64,000 nucleotides of DNA from assembly GCA_024400775.1 (NCBI GenBank), contig JAKSMF010000001.1, positions 1,297-65,296 of the forward strand, written 5' to 3'. The position numbers and the translations under genes were made by a program. The stretch is from Bacteroidales bacterium (GTDB lineage: Bacteria; Bacteroidota; Bacteroidia; Bacteroidales; WCHB1-69). Of the stretch, positions 47,472-56,322 are shown in pieces (position 1 is the stretch's first letter; every line of letters starts with the position of its first letter). The notes below the pieces were generated by a model. The model was not told the DNA's origin. It saw only the letters and a list, made by a program, of their open reading frames with translations, and ran no database searches.

Positions 47472-48170
47472 ATGTCAAACGAAAGATTTGCCATCATTGG
47501 CGCAGGACATTTCGGCTCTTCCATCGCTATCGCCTTATCACAAAGCGGGGCGGAGGTGTTGGTTATCGACTCCGACATCAATGTGATACAGGATATTTCG
47601 GACGATGTCGCTTATGCGGTGTGCATTGACGCCACTAACAAAAAGGCGCTGATTGCGGAAAACATACAGGATTTTGATGTCGTAGTGGTAGCTATCGGCA
47701 ACGATTTTGTAAAGCGCCTGCTTTGCACCGCCAACCTCATGGACCTGGGTGTCAAGCGCATTGTGTGCCGCACCATGGGCACCAACCAGCGCATTATTTT
47801 GGAAAAGATGGGTGTGACGGAATTTTTGTCACCGGAAGACGAAATCGGGACTATGTTTGCGGAACGACTGCTTAATCCGAGCATCGTTTCGTACTTGCAA
47901 CTTCCTGACGGATACCGCATTGCGGAAATCATCGCGCCACCGCGCCTGGTGGGTATGACCATCGCCGACCTGAACCTGCGCGACGCCTATCGCCTGAGTT
48001 TGATTACCATCCGTCGAAATTTCATCGAATCGAAAGACCCGACACAAAGCAACGCCACCGGCCATACGCTTGGCGTGCCCGACACGCTGACCGTAATTGA
48101 GGAACAGGACTGCTTCGTCATTTTCGGTCTTACCCGTGATATTGAAAACTTTATCAAGAAAAACCAATAA
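47472..48170 (+). CDS. trkA: TrkA/KtrA-family potassium uptake regulatory subunit (RCK domain)
   Basis: 232 aa with FAIIGAGHFGSSIAIAL (NAD fold) and a C-terminal RCK_C-like region. Confidence 0.85.
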   Translation: MSNERFAIIGAGHFGSSIAIALSQSGAEVLVIDSDINVIQDISDDVAYAVCIDATNKKALIAENIQDFDVVVVAIGNDFVKRLLCTANLMDLGVKRIVCRTMGTNQRIILEKMGVTEFLSPEDEIGTMFAERLLNPSIVSYLQLPDGYRIAEIIAPPRLVGMTIADLNLRDAYRLSLITIRRNFIESKDPTQSNATGHTLGVPDTLTVIEEQDCFVIFGLTRDIENFIKKNQ

Positions 48171-48175
48171 CAGTC

Positions 48176-49975
48176 ATGTTGAAGTCGTTGGTGCGATATG
48201 CAAGAAAGTTCAAGTTCGCGCTGGCGTCCAACCGATTCCGCATCGAAAGGATTCTCAAGGTCTTTTCCGTGCTCATCTCGCTTGGCGCCGTGGTGGCCAT
48301 TATATGCCAACACGGATGCTATCTTTCAGAAGAAATGGAACTCCGCACCTCCGCTATCGTCGTGGTGGCGTTCTGTTTCTACGTCTTCAAATATTTTTTA
48401 CGAAGCTTATATGAAATGAAATTTCTAACTTATCTGAAAAACAATAAGTTAGAATCCGTCATCATTCTCTTGCTACTGATAGCCGTCATTTTCAGCCACC
48501 AGCTGCAAGACCTATTTTCGCTTTCAGACTCCGTTTTTCCACACTATCGGCAGCTCTTTTTCCACATTTTCTACTTCTTTATCTTCTTTGTGGAAATAGC
48601 GAAAGTGAGCACTGTTTTGAAAAAAATCAACATGAGCCCGCCGTTGCTGATGTTGCTCTCCTTCTTTGTGCTGATAGCGATGGGCACGCTCCTACTCTTG
48701 ATGCCGAAAGCCACCACAAACGGCATTTCGTTTACGGATGCTCTTTTCACTGCCACCAGCGCGAGCTGTGTCACCGGGCTGACTTCGGTCAACACAGCGT
48801 TGTGCTTCACCACCACAGGATACATTATCTTAATGGTACTCATGCAGTTAGGAGGTATGAGTATTCTATCTTTCGCAACCTTCTTCATTTCATTTCTCTC
48901 GCATTCCTACACCGGACTTCGTTATCAGTATATGGTGAAGGACATGCTTTCGACCAACCGCGTCGCCGACTCTTTTTCGTTTTTGCGCGAAATCATCGTC
49001 GTTACCTTTGTGATTGAGGGTGTCGGCGCGTTGATGCTGTACATGTACTGGCGCACCACGGGCCTTTTCGTTGACGACGGTGAGACCATTCTGTATTCGA
49101 TTTTCCATGCGATATCGGCTTACAACAATGCGGGCTTTTCGTTGTGGCCGGAGAGTTTGATGAGCAGCGACGTCGTCAACAGTCATTTCCCGCAGATGAT
49201 CATCATGATTCTCGTGTTTGCGGGCGGCATCGGCTATGTGGTGATTCGCGACTTTTTCGACCCGCGCGTTATCCGCGAGCGCAAGAAAAAGCGCTGGATG
49301 AAGCTCACCGACGGCACGCAGATTGCCCTCATCACCTCTTTCGCCATCATCATCACGGGTACGATCATCTTCTATTTTTTAGAGGCCAACAACACACTCG
49401 TCGGCAAGGGTAACCCGTTCGACAAGGTGTTTGCCTCGTTGTTTCAGGTGGTAGCGGGCCGAACGGCAGGCTTCAACATCGTAGATATCAATGCGATAAG
49501 CATTCCCGCCATTTTGTTGTTCATCGTAATCATCTTCATCGGTGCGTCTCCGGGTTCTACCGGCGGCGGTATCAAAACAACCACCTTTTTTGTCATTCTC
49601 AAATCAATTTCTGCCACAATCAAAGGAAAAAGCAAGATTGAATTCCGTAAAAAAACGATTCCTTTCAGCATTGTCGATAAGGCCTATTCCATCGTCGTCA
49701 TGTCGCTGGTATTCATCATTTCCTCCACCTTCCTTTTGGCAATCATTGATCCTGAAATTCCGTTGAAGAACCTGATGTTCGAGGCCACCTCCGCCTTCAC
49801 CACATGCGGGCTGTCAACGGGCTGCATTGCCGACTTTTCCGTGGCAGGCAAGTTGGTGCTCACGCTCAACATGTACATCGGGCGTATCGGCACACTCACC
49901 TTCGCCTACGCATTGAGCAAGCGCGTGAAAGAGACGCGCCACGAATACCCGGAAACATCCTTCATGGTCGGTTAG
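48176..49975 (+). CDS. trkH: TrkH/KtrB-family potassium transporter membrane subunit
   Basis: 599 aa and polytopic. Repeated pore-loop motifs are present (SASCVTGL, SAYNNAGFS, AGRTAGFN, SAFTTCGLSTG). Confidence 0.85.
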   Translation: MLKSLVRYARKFKFALASNRFRIERILKVFSVLISLGAVVAIICQHGCYLSEEMELRTSAIVVVAFCFYVFKYFLRSLYEMKFLTYLKNNKLESVIILLLLIAVIFSHQLQDLFSLSDSVFPHYRQLFFHIFYFFIFFVEIAKVSTVLKKINMSPPLLMLLSFFVLIAMGTLLLLMPKATTNGISFTDALFTATSASCVTGLTSVNTALCFTTTGYIILMVLMQLGGMSILSFATFFISFLSHSYTGLRYQYMVKDMLSTNRVADSFSFLREIIVVTFVIEGVGALMLYMYWRTTGLFVDDGETILYSIFHAISAYNNAGFSLWPESLMSSDVVNSHFPQMIIMILVFAGGIGYVVIRDFFDPRVIRERKKKRWMKLTDGTQIALITSFAIIITGTIIFYFLEANNTLVGKGNPFDKVFASLFQVVAGRTAGFNIVDINAISIPAILLFIVIIFIGASPGSTGGGIKTTTFFVILKSISATIKGKSKIEFRKKTIPFSIVDKAYSIVVMSLVFIISSTFLLAIIDPEIPLKNLMFEATSAFTTCGLSTGCIADFSVAGKLVLTLNMYIGRIGTLTFAYALSKRVKETRHEYPETSFMVG

Positions 49976-50039
49976 TACGAATTTTATTTCGTACCCAAGA
50001 AAAAAAACCTCATTGTGAAAATTTTGACGTAACTTTGCA

Positions 50040-50047
50040 CGCTCAAT
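50040..50047 (+). promoter_or_regulatory. -7 box TAacTTTG
   Basis: The context is TAACTTTGcacgc, 30 nt upstream of the ATG at 50077. Confidence 0.45.
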
Positions 50048-50076
50048 TAATAATGTAATTTTAAAGTAAATATATT

Positions 50077-50334
50077 ATGGAAAATCAAGAAAAGGCTTCT
50101 ATTGAACAGAAAGTTATCGCAGTCATCAACCAACTTCGTCCCTACCTTCAGGGCGATGGTGGCGACATCGAATATGTAGAATTGACCGACGAATACGTAG
50201 TAAAGGTGAAATTGCAAGGTGCCTGTGGCTCCTGCCCTCACGCTAAAATGACCCTCAAACAGGGTGTTGAAGCCACTTTGAAAAAATACGTTCCGGAAGT
50301 CACCGCCGTTGAAGACGTTGTTTTAGGTTTCTAA
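50077..50334 (+). CDS. NifU-like (Nfu C-terminal domain) Fe-S protein
   Basis: 85 aa with RPYLQGDGGDIEYV...GACGSCPHAKMTLK. Confidence 0.85.
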   Translation: MENQEKASIEQKVIAVINQLRPYLQGDGGDIEYVELTDEYVVKVKLQGACGSCPHAKMTLKQGVEATLKKYVPEVTAVEDVVLGF

Positions 50335-50344
50335 AATACTGATT

Positions 50345-51439
50345 ATGAGCTTAAAATGTGGAATTATAGGTCTGACCAACTGCGGAAAGACCACAATGTT
50401 TAACTGTATTTCCAACACGAAGGCGGCGATCACCGACTTCGCTTACAGTACCAACAAGTCCAACATCGGTGTTTGCAACGTACCCGATGAACGTCTGGCT
50501 AAAATCAACACCTTCATCGCTGCCGACAAGCTGATTTACGCGACGGTGGATGTGGTTGACGTTCCCGGTTTGGCGAAAGGCGCGAGCCAGGGCGAAGGCA
50601 TCGGCAACGGCTTCTTGGCCGATGTACGCCAGTGCGATGCGCTCATCCACGTGCTGCGCTGCTTCGACAACGCCAACCTGCCGCACGTCGAAGGTTCCAT
50701 CGACCCCGTCCGCGATATCGAAATCGTTGAATTTGAATTGCAGGTCAAGGACTTGGAACAAATCGACCGCAAAATCCAAAAGGTGGAAAAGGCCGCCAAA
50801 GTGGGCGACAAAAACGCAAAACACGATTTGGACATCCTGCTGAAATACAAACATCATCTGGAAAACTTCCAGAACGTGCGTACGCTTGAAACCACCGAAG
50901 ATGAAAAGGCGGTCGTCGCCGACATGATGCTGTTGACCGACAAGCCCGTCCTGTTCGTCTGCAACGTCAACGACGACGCGCTGGAAAACAACCACTACGT
51001 GGATGCGGTACGTGAGGCATTGAAAGACCAAGATTGCGAAATCCTCGTGATTGCAGGCAAACTGGAATCCGAAATCGCAGAGTTGGAAGACGAAGCCGAC
51101 CGTATGGCCTTTTTGGAAGATGTCGGACTGACCGAACCCGGCGTGAACAAGGTGATTCGCGCAGCATATAAGTTGTTGAATCTCATCTCCTTCTTCACCG
51201 TTGGCGGGAAAGAGAACCGTGCTTGGACGATTCGCATGGGCATGACGGCTCCGCAGGCGGCAGGCGTCATCCACAGCGATCTCGAACGCGGCTTCATCCG
51301 CGCCGAAGTCATCAAATACAACGACCTCGTGGCACTCGGCTCCGAACTCAAATGCAAAGAGGCCGGCAAGCTCTCCGTCGAAGGCAAAAACTACATCGTG
51401 GCTGATGGCGACATCCTCCACATCCGCTTTAACGTCTAA
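50345..51439 (+). CDS. ychF: Redox-regulated ribosome-binding ATPase YchF
   Basis: 364 aa with GIIGLTNCGKTTMFN, DVPGLAKGAS, and the C-terminal TGS-like ADGDILHIRFNV. Confidence 0.95.
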   Translation: MSLKCGIIGLTNCGKTTMFNCISNTKAAITDFAYSTNKSNIGVCNVPDERLAKINTFIAADKLIYATVDVVDVPGLAKGASQGEGIGNGFLADVRQCDALIHVLRCFDNANLPHVEGSIDPVRDIEIVEFELQVKDLEQIDRKIQKVEKAAKVGDKNAKHDLDILLKYKHHLENFQNVRTLETTEDEKAVVADMMLLTDKPVLFVCNVNDDALENNHYVDAVREALKDQDCEILVIAGKLESEIAELEDEADRMAFLEDVGLTEPGVNKVIRAAYKLLNLISFFTVGGKENRAWTIRMGMTAPQAAGVIHSDLERGFIRAEVIKYNDLVALGSELKCKEAGKLSVEGKNYIVADGDILHIRFNV

Positions 51440-51450
51440 TCCGACCTCCT

Positions 51451-52941
51451 ATGCCCCAACGCCAAACTCTTCAACAAAACTTGTCGCAACGCCTTTCGCA
51501 ACGCCAATTGGCGTTGATGAGGTTGGTGGAGGCTAATCAAGAAGAGCTGGAAGAGTTGATAAGCAAGGAGATAGCAGAAAATCCGGCATTAGAGGAAGGC
51601 CCCGAGGAAGATCTCGATCTGAACACAAATCCGGAGAATCCCGAAAATGACGATGACGATGAGCCTACGGAAATCTCATACGAAGATGCATTAGAACGCG
51701 GTGAAACCACTCGCGAAAACGACAACTTCGACAGCAATTCCGATGACTGGGAATCCAACGACTACAGTTATTTCCAGTCTTCGGAAGATGACCGTTACGA
51801 GAAACCCATCATCGCAACCACCTCTTTTCGAGAAGATTTGGTACGACAAATCGGCGAACTCGACATTAGCGAAGAAGAGGAACTCATCGCCAAGTACATA
51901 GTTGGCTGGCTGAATGACGACGGCTATCTTGACAGCGAATGCCGTTCCATTGCCAACCGGCTGCTAATAACCGAAAACCTACAGATTTCCGCCAACGAGG
52001 TGGAATTGGTGCTGAAACAGGTGATACAAAATCTGGAACCACCTGGCATCGGCGCCCGCAATTTGCAGGAATGCCTGCTTTTGCAAATCCGCTATGAGAT
52101 ACAGAAAGAGGCAACACCCGAACTCACGTTGGCCGAACGGATTCTGCAAAACGATTTCGAACTTTTTTACAAGAAAAAGTACAATGTGATTTTGCGAAAA
52201 GAAAAAATTTCGCAAGCCGAATTGGATAAGGTTCTGGGAATCATCACCAAACTCAACCCCAAACCCGGAGGCGGAGCAGAAGAGAACAACTACGTCATTC
52301 CCGATTTCATCATTTCCATTGAAAATAATGAACCAACGGTAACCCTGGCCAATCCGTACGACGGCCGCCTCCGCGTAAATCGCGAATACGAAAAATTATT
52401 CGCCAAAATGACGGAAAAGCGCAATGCCGAGGCCCGCAAATTCATCCGCGAAAACATCGACAAAGCCAAGGCGTTCATTGAGCTGATGCCCGAAAGAGAC
52501 CGCACTATGTATTTAGTAATGAACGAAATAGTGCAACAACAAAAGCCCTATTTCCTCTCCGGTGATTTGAAAGAACTGCGCCCGATGGTATTGGCCGACA
52601 TCGAGAAAAAGACAAATTTGGATGTCTCTACCGTTTCGCGCATCACCTCCCGTCGCTACGCATTAACGCCTTACGGTACAATTCTGCTGAAAAGACTCTT
52701 TTCCGAAAGTGTGGGCAGCAACGACAAACAAGAGGGCGCTTCCTCCGTCGCAGTTCGCGAAGTGCTGAAGGAACTGATTGATGCGGAAAACACAAATTGC
52801 CCGTTCACCGATGAAAAGCTGACCACTTTACTAAAAGAAAAAGGATATGACATTTCCCGCCGCACTGTGGTGAAATACCGCGAACAATTAGGAATCGACA
52901 ATTCAAATATGAGAAAAAAATCTAAAAAAAAATCTTTATGA
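51451..52941 (+). CDS. rpoN: RNA polymerase sigma-54 factor
   Basis: 496 aa. It has a Gln/Leu-rich N-terminus, an acidic region, a core-binding region, and the C-terminal RpoN box (ISRRTVVKYREQLGI). Confidence 0.9.
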   Translation: MPQRQTLQQNLSQRLSQRQLALMRLVEANQEELEELISKEIAENPALEEGPEEDLDLNTNPENPENDDDDEPTEISYEDALERGETTRENDNFDSNSDDWESNDYSYFQSSEDDRYEKPIIATTSFREDLVRQIGELDISEEEELIAKYIVGWLNDDGYLDSECRSIANRLLITENLQISANEVELVLKQVIQNLEPPGIGARNLQECLLLQIRYEIQKEATPELTLAERILQNDFELFYKKKYNVILRKEKISQAELDKVLGIITKLNPKPGGGAEENNYVIPDFIISIENNEPTVTLANPYDGRLRVNREYEKLFAKMTEKRNAEARKFIRENIDKAKAFIELMPERDRTMYLVMNEIVQQQKPYFLSGDLKELRPMVLADIEKKTNLDVSTVSRITSRRYALTPYGTILLKRLFSESVGSNDKQEGASSVAVREVLKELIDAENTNCPFTDEKLTTLLKEKGYDISRRTVVKYREQLGIDNSNMRKKSKKKSL

Positions 52942-53870
52942 AAAAATTATCCAAAATTATGATTATCACGCTTTTAAGCGTGTTTGTTTTCGCTTCTTGC
53001 GAAAAAGAAGAAGGAGTTTTCAACCCGAAACAGAAAATCCACAAGACCAGTAGCACCTACGAAGAGATGACCGAAGTGCTGGTGAACGGAACCTGGCAAA
53101 CCGTTGGCGACGATAAGGAAGCCGGTCCCTCCGAAGTATGGGTATGGGACGGCAACCTGCTTTCCTCCATCCGCTACTATGACGGAATCGATTTGGAGTA
53201 CGAAGAACACTATCAGTACGATAAAGACAACGTCTTGATCCGAGTCTCCAACGATGAAGGTGATGCTTACGAATACGTTTATGGTGATTCACAATTAAAA
53301 GAAATTGACTATTTCTACGGAAATGAACTGGAAGGCAGAATCATGGTTTCGCACGACGGCAAGAAGATTTCCAAACTCACCATGCAAATCGACTACGCCA
53401 AAGCATTTTCAGCACTCCGCCACATCCTGCCCGCTGGCGACTCCAAAAACATGAAGAAAGCCTTTGCCCAACTGAAGAAAAATTCCAAAAACGATGAGGA
53501 AATGTACATCAACTTTGAATGGGACGGTGACAACGTAAGCAAAATCACCTTCAACGATGAAGGTGAGATTATTGTGATGATGTCTTTCACGTATGACAAA
53601 AAGAAAAATCCCTATTACGGCTTGTTCGATATTACCCGCACCGACGATATGTTAGATATAACCGACTTCTCCGGTCTTTCCAAAAACAACGTGACCTCCT
53701 TGTGCTTTTCTGAAGACGGCGAAACTTATATGGAAGACTTCACTTACACTTACGATGGCAAATATCCGGTTGCCGTAGTAAGCAAAATCGTCTTCGAAGA
53801 TGAAGAAGAGGGCTACTCCTATCGTTCATCGATGATTGTAAACAAAACGATTGAATACACAAACAAATAA
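52938..53870 (+). CDS. Hypothetical lipoprotein
   Basis: 310 aa with a lipobox (LLSVFVFASC). It has a repetitive Tyr/Asp-rich beta pattern (WDGNLLSSIRYYDG..., FEWDGDNVSKITFND...). Its ATG overlaps the rpoN stop codon (ATGA). Confidence 0.6.
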   Translation: MKKLSKIMIITLLSVFVFASCEKEEGVFNPKQKIHKTSSTYEEMTEVLVNGTWQTVGDDKEAGPSEVWVWDGNLLSSIRYYDGIDLEYEEHYQYDKDNVLIRVSNDEGDAYEYVYGDSQLKEIDYFYGNELEGRIMVSHDGKKISKLTMQIDYAKAFSALRHILPAGDSKNMKKAFAQLKKNSKNDEEMYINFEWDGDNVSKITFNDEGEIIVMMSFTYDKKKNPYYGLFDITRTDDMLDITDFSGLSKNNVTSLCFSEDGETYMEDFTYTYDGKYPVAVVSKIVFEDEEEGYSYRSSMIVNKTIEYTNK

Positions 53871-53880
53871 CAGTAAATCA

Positions 53881-54603
53881 ATGAATTGGTTACAGCGTAC
53901 CGATTTACTGATAGGGCATGGGAATCTTGCGAAGCTGCAGGATTCCCATGTTTTGATTGTAGGCTTGGGCGGCGTCGGTGCATATACGGCGGAAAGCCTG
54001 TGTCGTGCGGGCGTCGGTGAATTCACGTTGGTGGATGCCGACGTGGTGGATGATACCAACCGCAACCGACAGCTTTTGGCACTCACCTCCACGGTGGGCC
54101 GCCCGAAAACGGAGGTGATGGCGGAACGCCTGCGCCTCATCAATCCGGAGGTGAAGTTACACTGCCTTCAGGAATTTTTGCGCGACGAACGCACGATGGA
54201 AGTCCTGCAACAAGCTGATTTCGATTACGTTGTGGATGCCATCGACTCCTTGTCGCCCAAGGTTTTCCTGATATACTTTGCCATGCAGCGCGGTTTGCGG
54301 CTTGTTTCGGCGATGGGTGCGGGCGGCAAACTCGACCCGACGCAGGTGCAAGTAACCGACATTTCAAAAACCTACCAATGCCGGTTGGCGCACATCGTTC
54401 GCAAACGATTGCACAAACTGGAGATTCGAAGCGGTTTCAAGGCGGTTTTTTCGCCGGAGCCGGTGCGGGAAAGCAGCGTTTGCCTTGATGCCGATCCCGG
54501 AATCAACAAGCTATCCACCGTGGGGACGATTTCTTACATGCCCGCCATTTTCGGCCTCGTCGCAGCCAGCGTCGTCATCCGCGACCTCACAGAATTGCAA
54601 TAA
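53881..54603 (+). CDS. tcdA: tRNA threonylcarbamoyladenosine dehydratase (ThiF/E1-like)
   Basis: About 240 aa counted from MNWLQRTDLL, with VLIVGLGGVGAYTAESLCRAGVGEFTLVDADVVDDTNRNRQ. Confidence 0.8.
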   Translation: MNWLQRTDLLIGHGNLAKLQDSHVLIVGLGGVGAYTAESLCRAGVGEFTLVDADVVDDTNRNRQLLALTSTVGRPKTEVMAERLRLINPEVKLHCLQEFLRDERTMEVLQQADFDYVVDAIDSLSPKVFLIYFAMQRGLRLVSAMGAGGKLDPTQVQVTDISKTYQCRLAHIVRKRLHKLEIRSGFKAVFSPEPVRESSVCLDADPGINKLSTVGTISYMPAIFGLVAASVVIRDLTELQ

Positions 54604-54774
54604 AACCATCGTACGCCGCCGACAAAAATCGTCACGCTAATTGCAAAAAAATGAGACACTTATCTTATTTTTTCTTTTATATGAAAAAAATAAAATATAT
54701 AATTGTCTGAAAATTAGTTTTGTATAAAAAAGAAAAAAAATGTGAAGAAAGGTAGCAAATATCAAAAAATAATG

Positions 54775-54782
54775 TAATTTTG
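54775..54782 (+). promoter_or_regulatory. -7 box TAatTTTG for tRNA-Gln (and probably nusA-infB)
   Basis: The context is TAATTTTGcagcc, ending 12 nt before the tRNA 5' end. Confidence 0.6.
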
Positions 54783-54793
54783 CAGCCTCTAAC

Positions 54794-54864
54794 TGTCCAA
54801 TGGTGTAATGGTAGCACTACAGTTTTTGGTACTGTCTGTCTTGGTTCGAATCCAGGTTGGACAA
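54794..54864 (+). tRNA. tRNA-Gln (anticodon TTG)
   Basis: Cloverleaf: acceptor TGTCCAA/TTGGACA, D arm GTGT-AATGGTA-GCAC, anticodon arm ACAGT-TTTTGGT-ACTGT, T arm CTTGG-TTCGAAT-CCAGG. Confidence 0.9.
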
Positions 54865-54872
54865 CAGACACG

Positions 54873-54910
54873 AAAACTCTCACTAACTCTATAGTGGGAG
54901 TTTTTATTTT
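54873..54910 (+). terminator. Hairpin terminator/attenuator between tRNA-Gln and nusA
   Basis: AAAACTCTCACT-aactctat-AGTGGGAGTTTT forms a 12 bp stem with one G-U, followed by TATTTT. Confidence 0.6.
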
Positions 54911-54945
54911 ATCATTGAAAAAACACAAAATAAAAGCAATAAAAA

Positions 54946-56250
54946 ATGGAAGAACGCTTAAATTTGATTGAAACCTTTGCAGAATTCAAAGATTTCAAAA
55001 ATATTGAGAGAGAAACATTGATGCGCATCCTGGAGGACATTTTCCGTTCAGTATTGACCAAAAAATACGGTTCTGATGCCAACTTCGATGTCATCGTGAA
55101 TGTTGACCGCGGTGATTTGGAAATCCAACGTTACCGCGAAATCGTGGAAGACGGCGAAGTAGAAAATGAATTCACCCAGATCGCTTTGTCGGAAGCTATC
55201 AAAATCGAGCCCGACTTTGAAGTAGGTGAAGAGGTTACGGAAAACATCCGTTTGGAAGACTTCCAGCGCCGCGAGATTCTGTCACTGCGCCAGAATCTGA
55301 TTTCCAAGATTATGGAATATGAAAAAGACCTCGTTTATAAAAAATACGAACACCGCATCGGTGAATTGATTTCCGGTGAAGTCACTCAGGTATGGCGCAA
55401 GGAAATCCTCGTCGCTGACGAAGAGGGCGTTGAACTGGTACTTCCCAAGAACGAACAGATTCCGGCCGACCACTACAAGAAGGGTGACAACCTTTCCGCC
55501 GTTGTCGAACGTGTGGAAATCATCTCCTCCTCCCCCAGAATCACCATCTCACGTACCTCTCCGCGCTTCCTCGAACGCCTTATGGAAACCGAAATCCCCG
55601 AAGTATATGACGGCCTCATCACCATTAAGAACGTGGTCCGTTCTCCCGGTGAAAGAGCTAAGGTCTTGGTTGAATCATACGACGACCGTATCGACCCCGT
55701 TGGCGCATGCGTCGGCCTCAAGGGCAGCCGTATCCACGGTATCATCCGCGAACTCCGCAATGAAAATATCGACATCATCAACTATACTTCCAATCCGAAG
55801 TTGTTAATTACCAGAGCATTAAGCCCAGCAAAAATCACCTCTATCGACTTGGATGAAGAAAGCAAAACCGCCAATGTCTATATGAAACCCGACCAGGTAT
55901 CACTGGCCATCGGTAAAGGTGGTTACAACATCAAACTCGCCGGCAAGCTCTCCGGTTACGAAATCGATGTCTTCCGTGACGACATTACCGAAGAAGACGA
56001 TGTCGATTTGCAAGAATTCAACGACGTATTCGACCAGTGGGTTATCGATGCCTTCAAGAAAATCGGTTGCGACACCGCAAAGAGCGTGTTGAAACTCGAC
56101 CGCAACGAACTGATTCAGCGTACCGACTTGGAAGAAGAAACCGTTGACGAAGTCATCGCTGCCGTCAGAGAAGAACTTGAAATCGAAGAAGGCGCCCCTA
56201 TTGATGCCGCTCCGGAAGCAGCCGATGAAAAGGCTCCCGCTGCTGAATAG
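54946..56250 (+). CDS. nusA: Transcription termination/antitermination factor NusA
   Basis: 434 aa. It has an N-terminal domain, an S1 domain (GELISGEVTQV), two KH domains (ACVGLKGSRI, AIGKGGYNIKLA) and an acidic tail. Confidence 0.95.
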   Translation: MEERLNLIETFAEFKDFKNIERETLMRILEDIFRSVLTKKYGSDANFDVIVNVDRGDLEIQRYREIVEDGEVENEFTQIALSEAIKIEPDFEVGEEVTENIRLEDFQRREILSLRQNLISKIMEYEKDLVYKKYEHRIGELISGEVTQVWRKEILVADEEGVELVLPKNEQIPADHYKKGDNLSAVVERVEIISSSPRITISRTSPRFLERLMETEIPEVYDGLITIKNVVRSPGERAKVLVESYDDRIDPVGACVGLKGSRIHGIIRELRNENIDIINYTSNPKLLITRALSPAKITSIDLDEESKTANVYMKPDQVSLAIGKGGYNIKLAGKLSGYEIDVFRDDITEEDDVDLQEFNDVFDQWVIDAFKKIGCDTAKSVLKLDRNELIQRTDLEEETVDEVIAAVREELEIEEGAPIDAAPEAADEKAPAAE

Positions 56251-56322
56251 GCACAAGCTCATCTTTTGTGAAGTGGATTCGATGGGATATTCAAACAACT
56301 AAAAAAAACGAAATTATAATAT

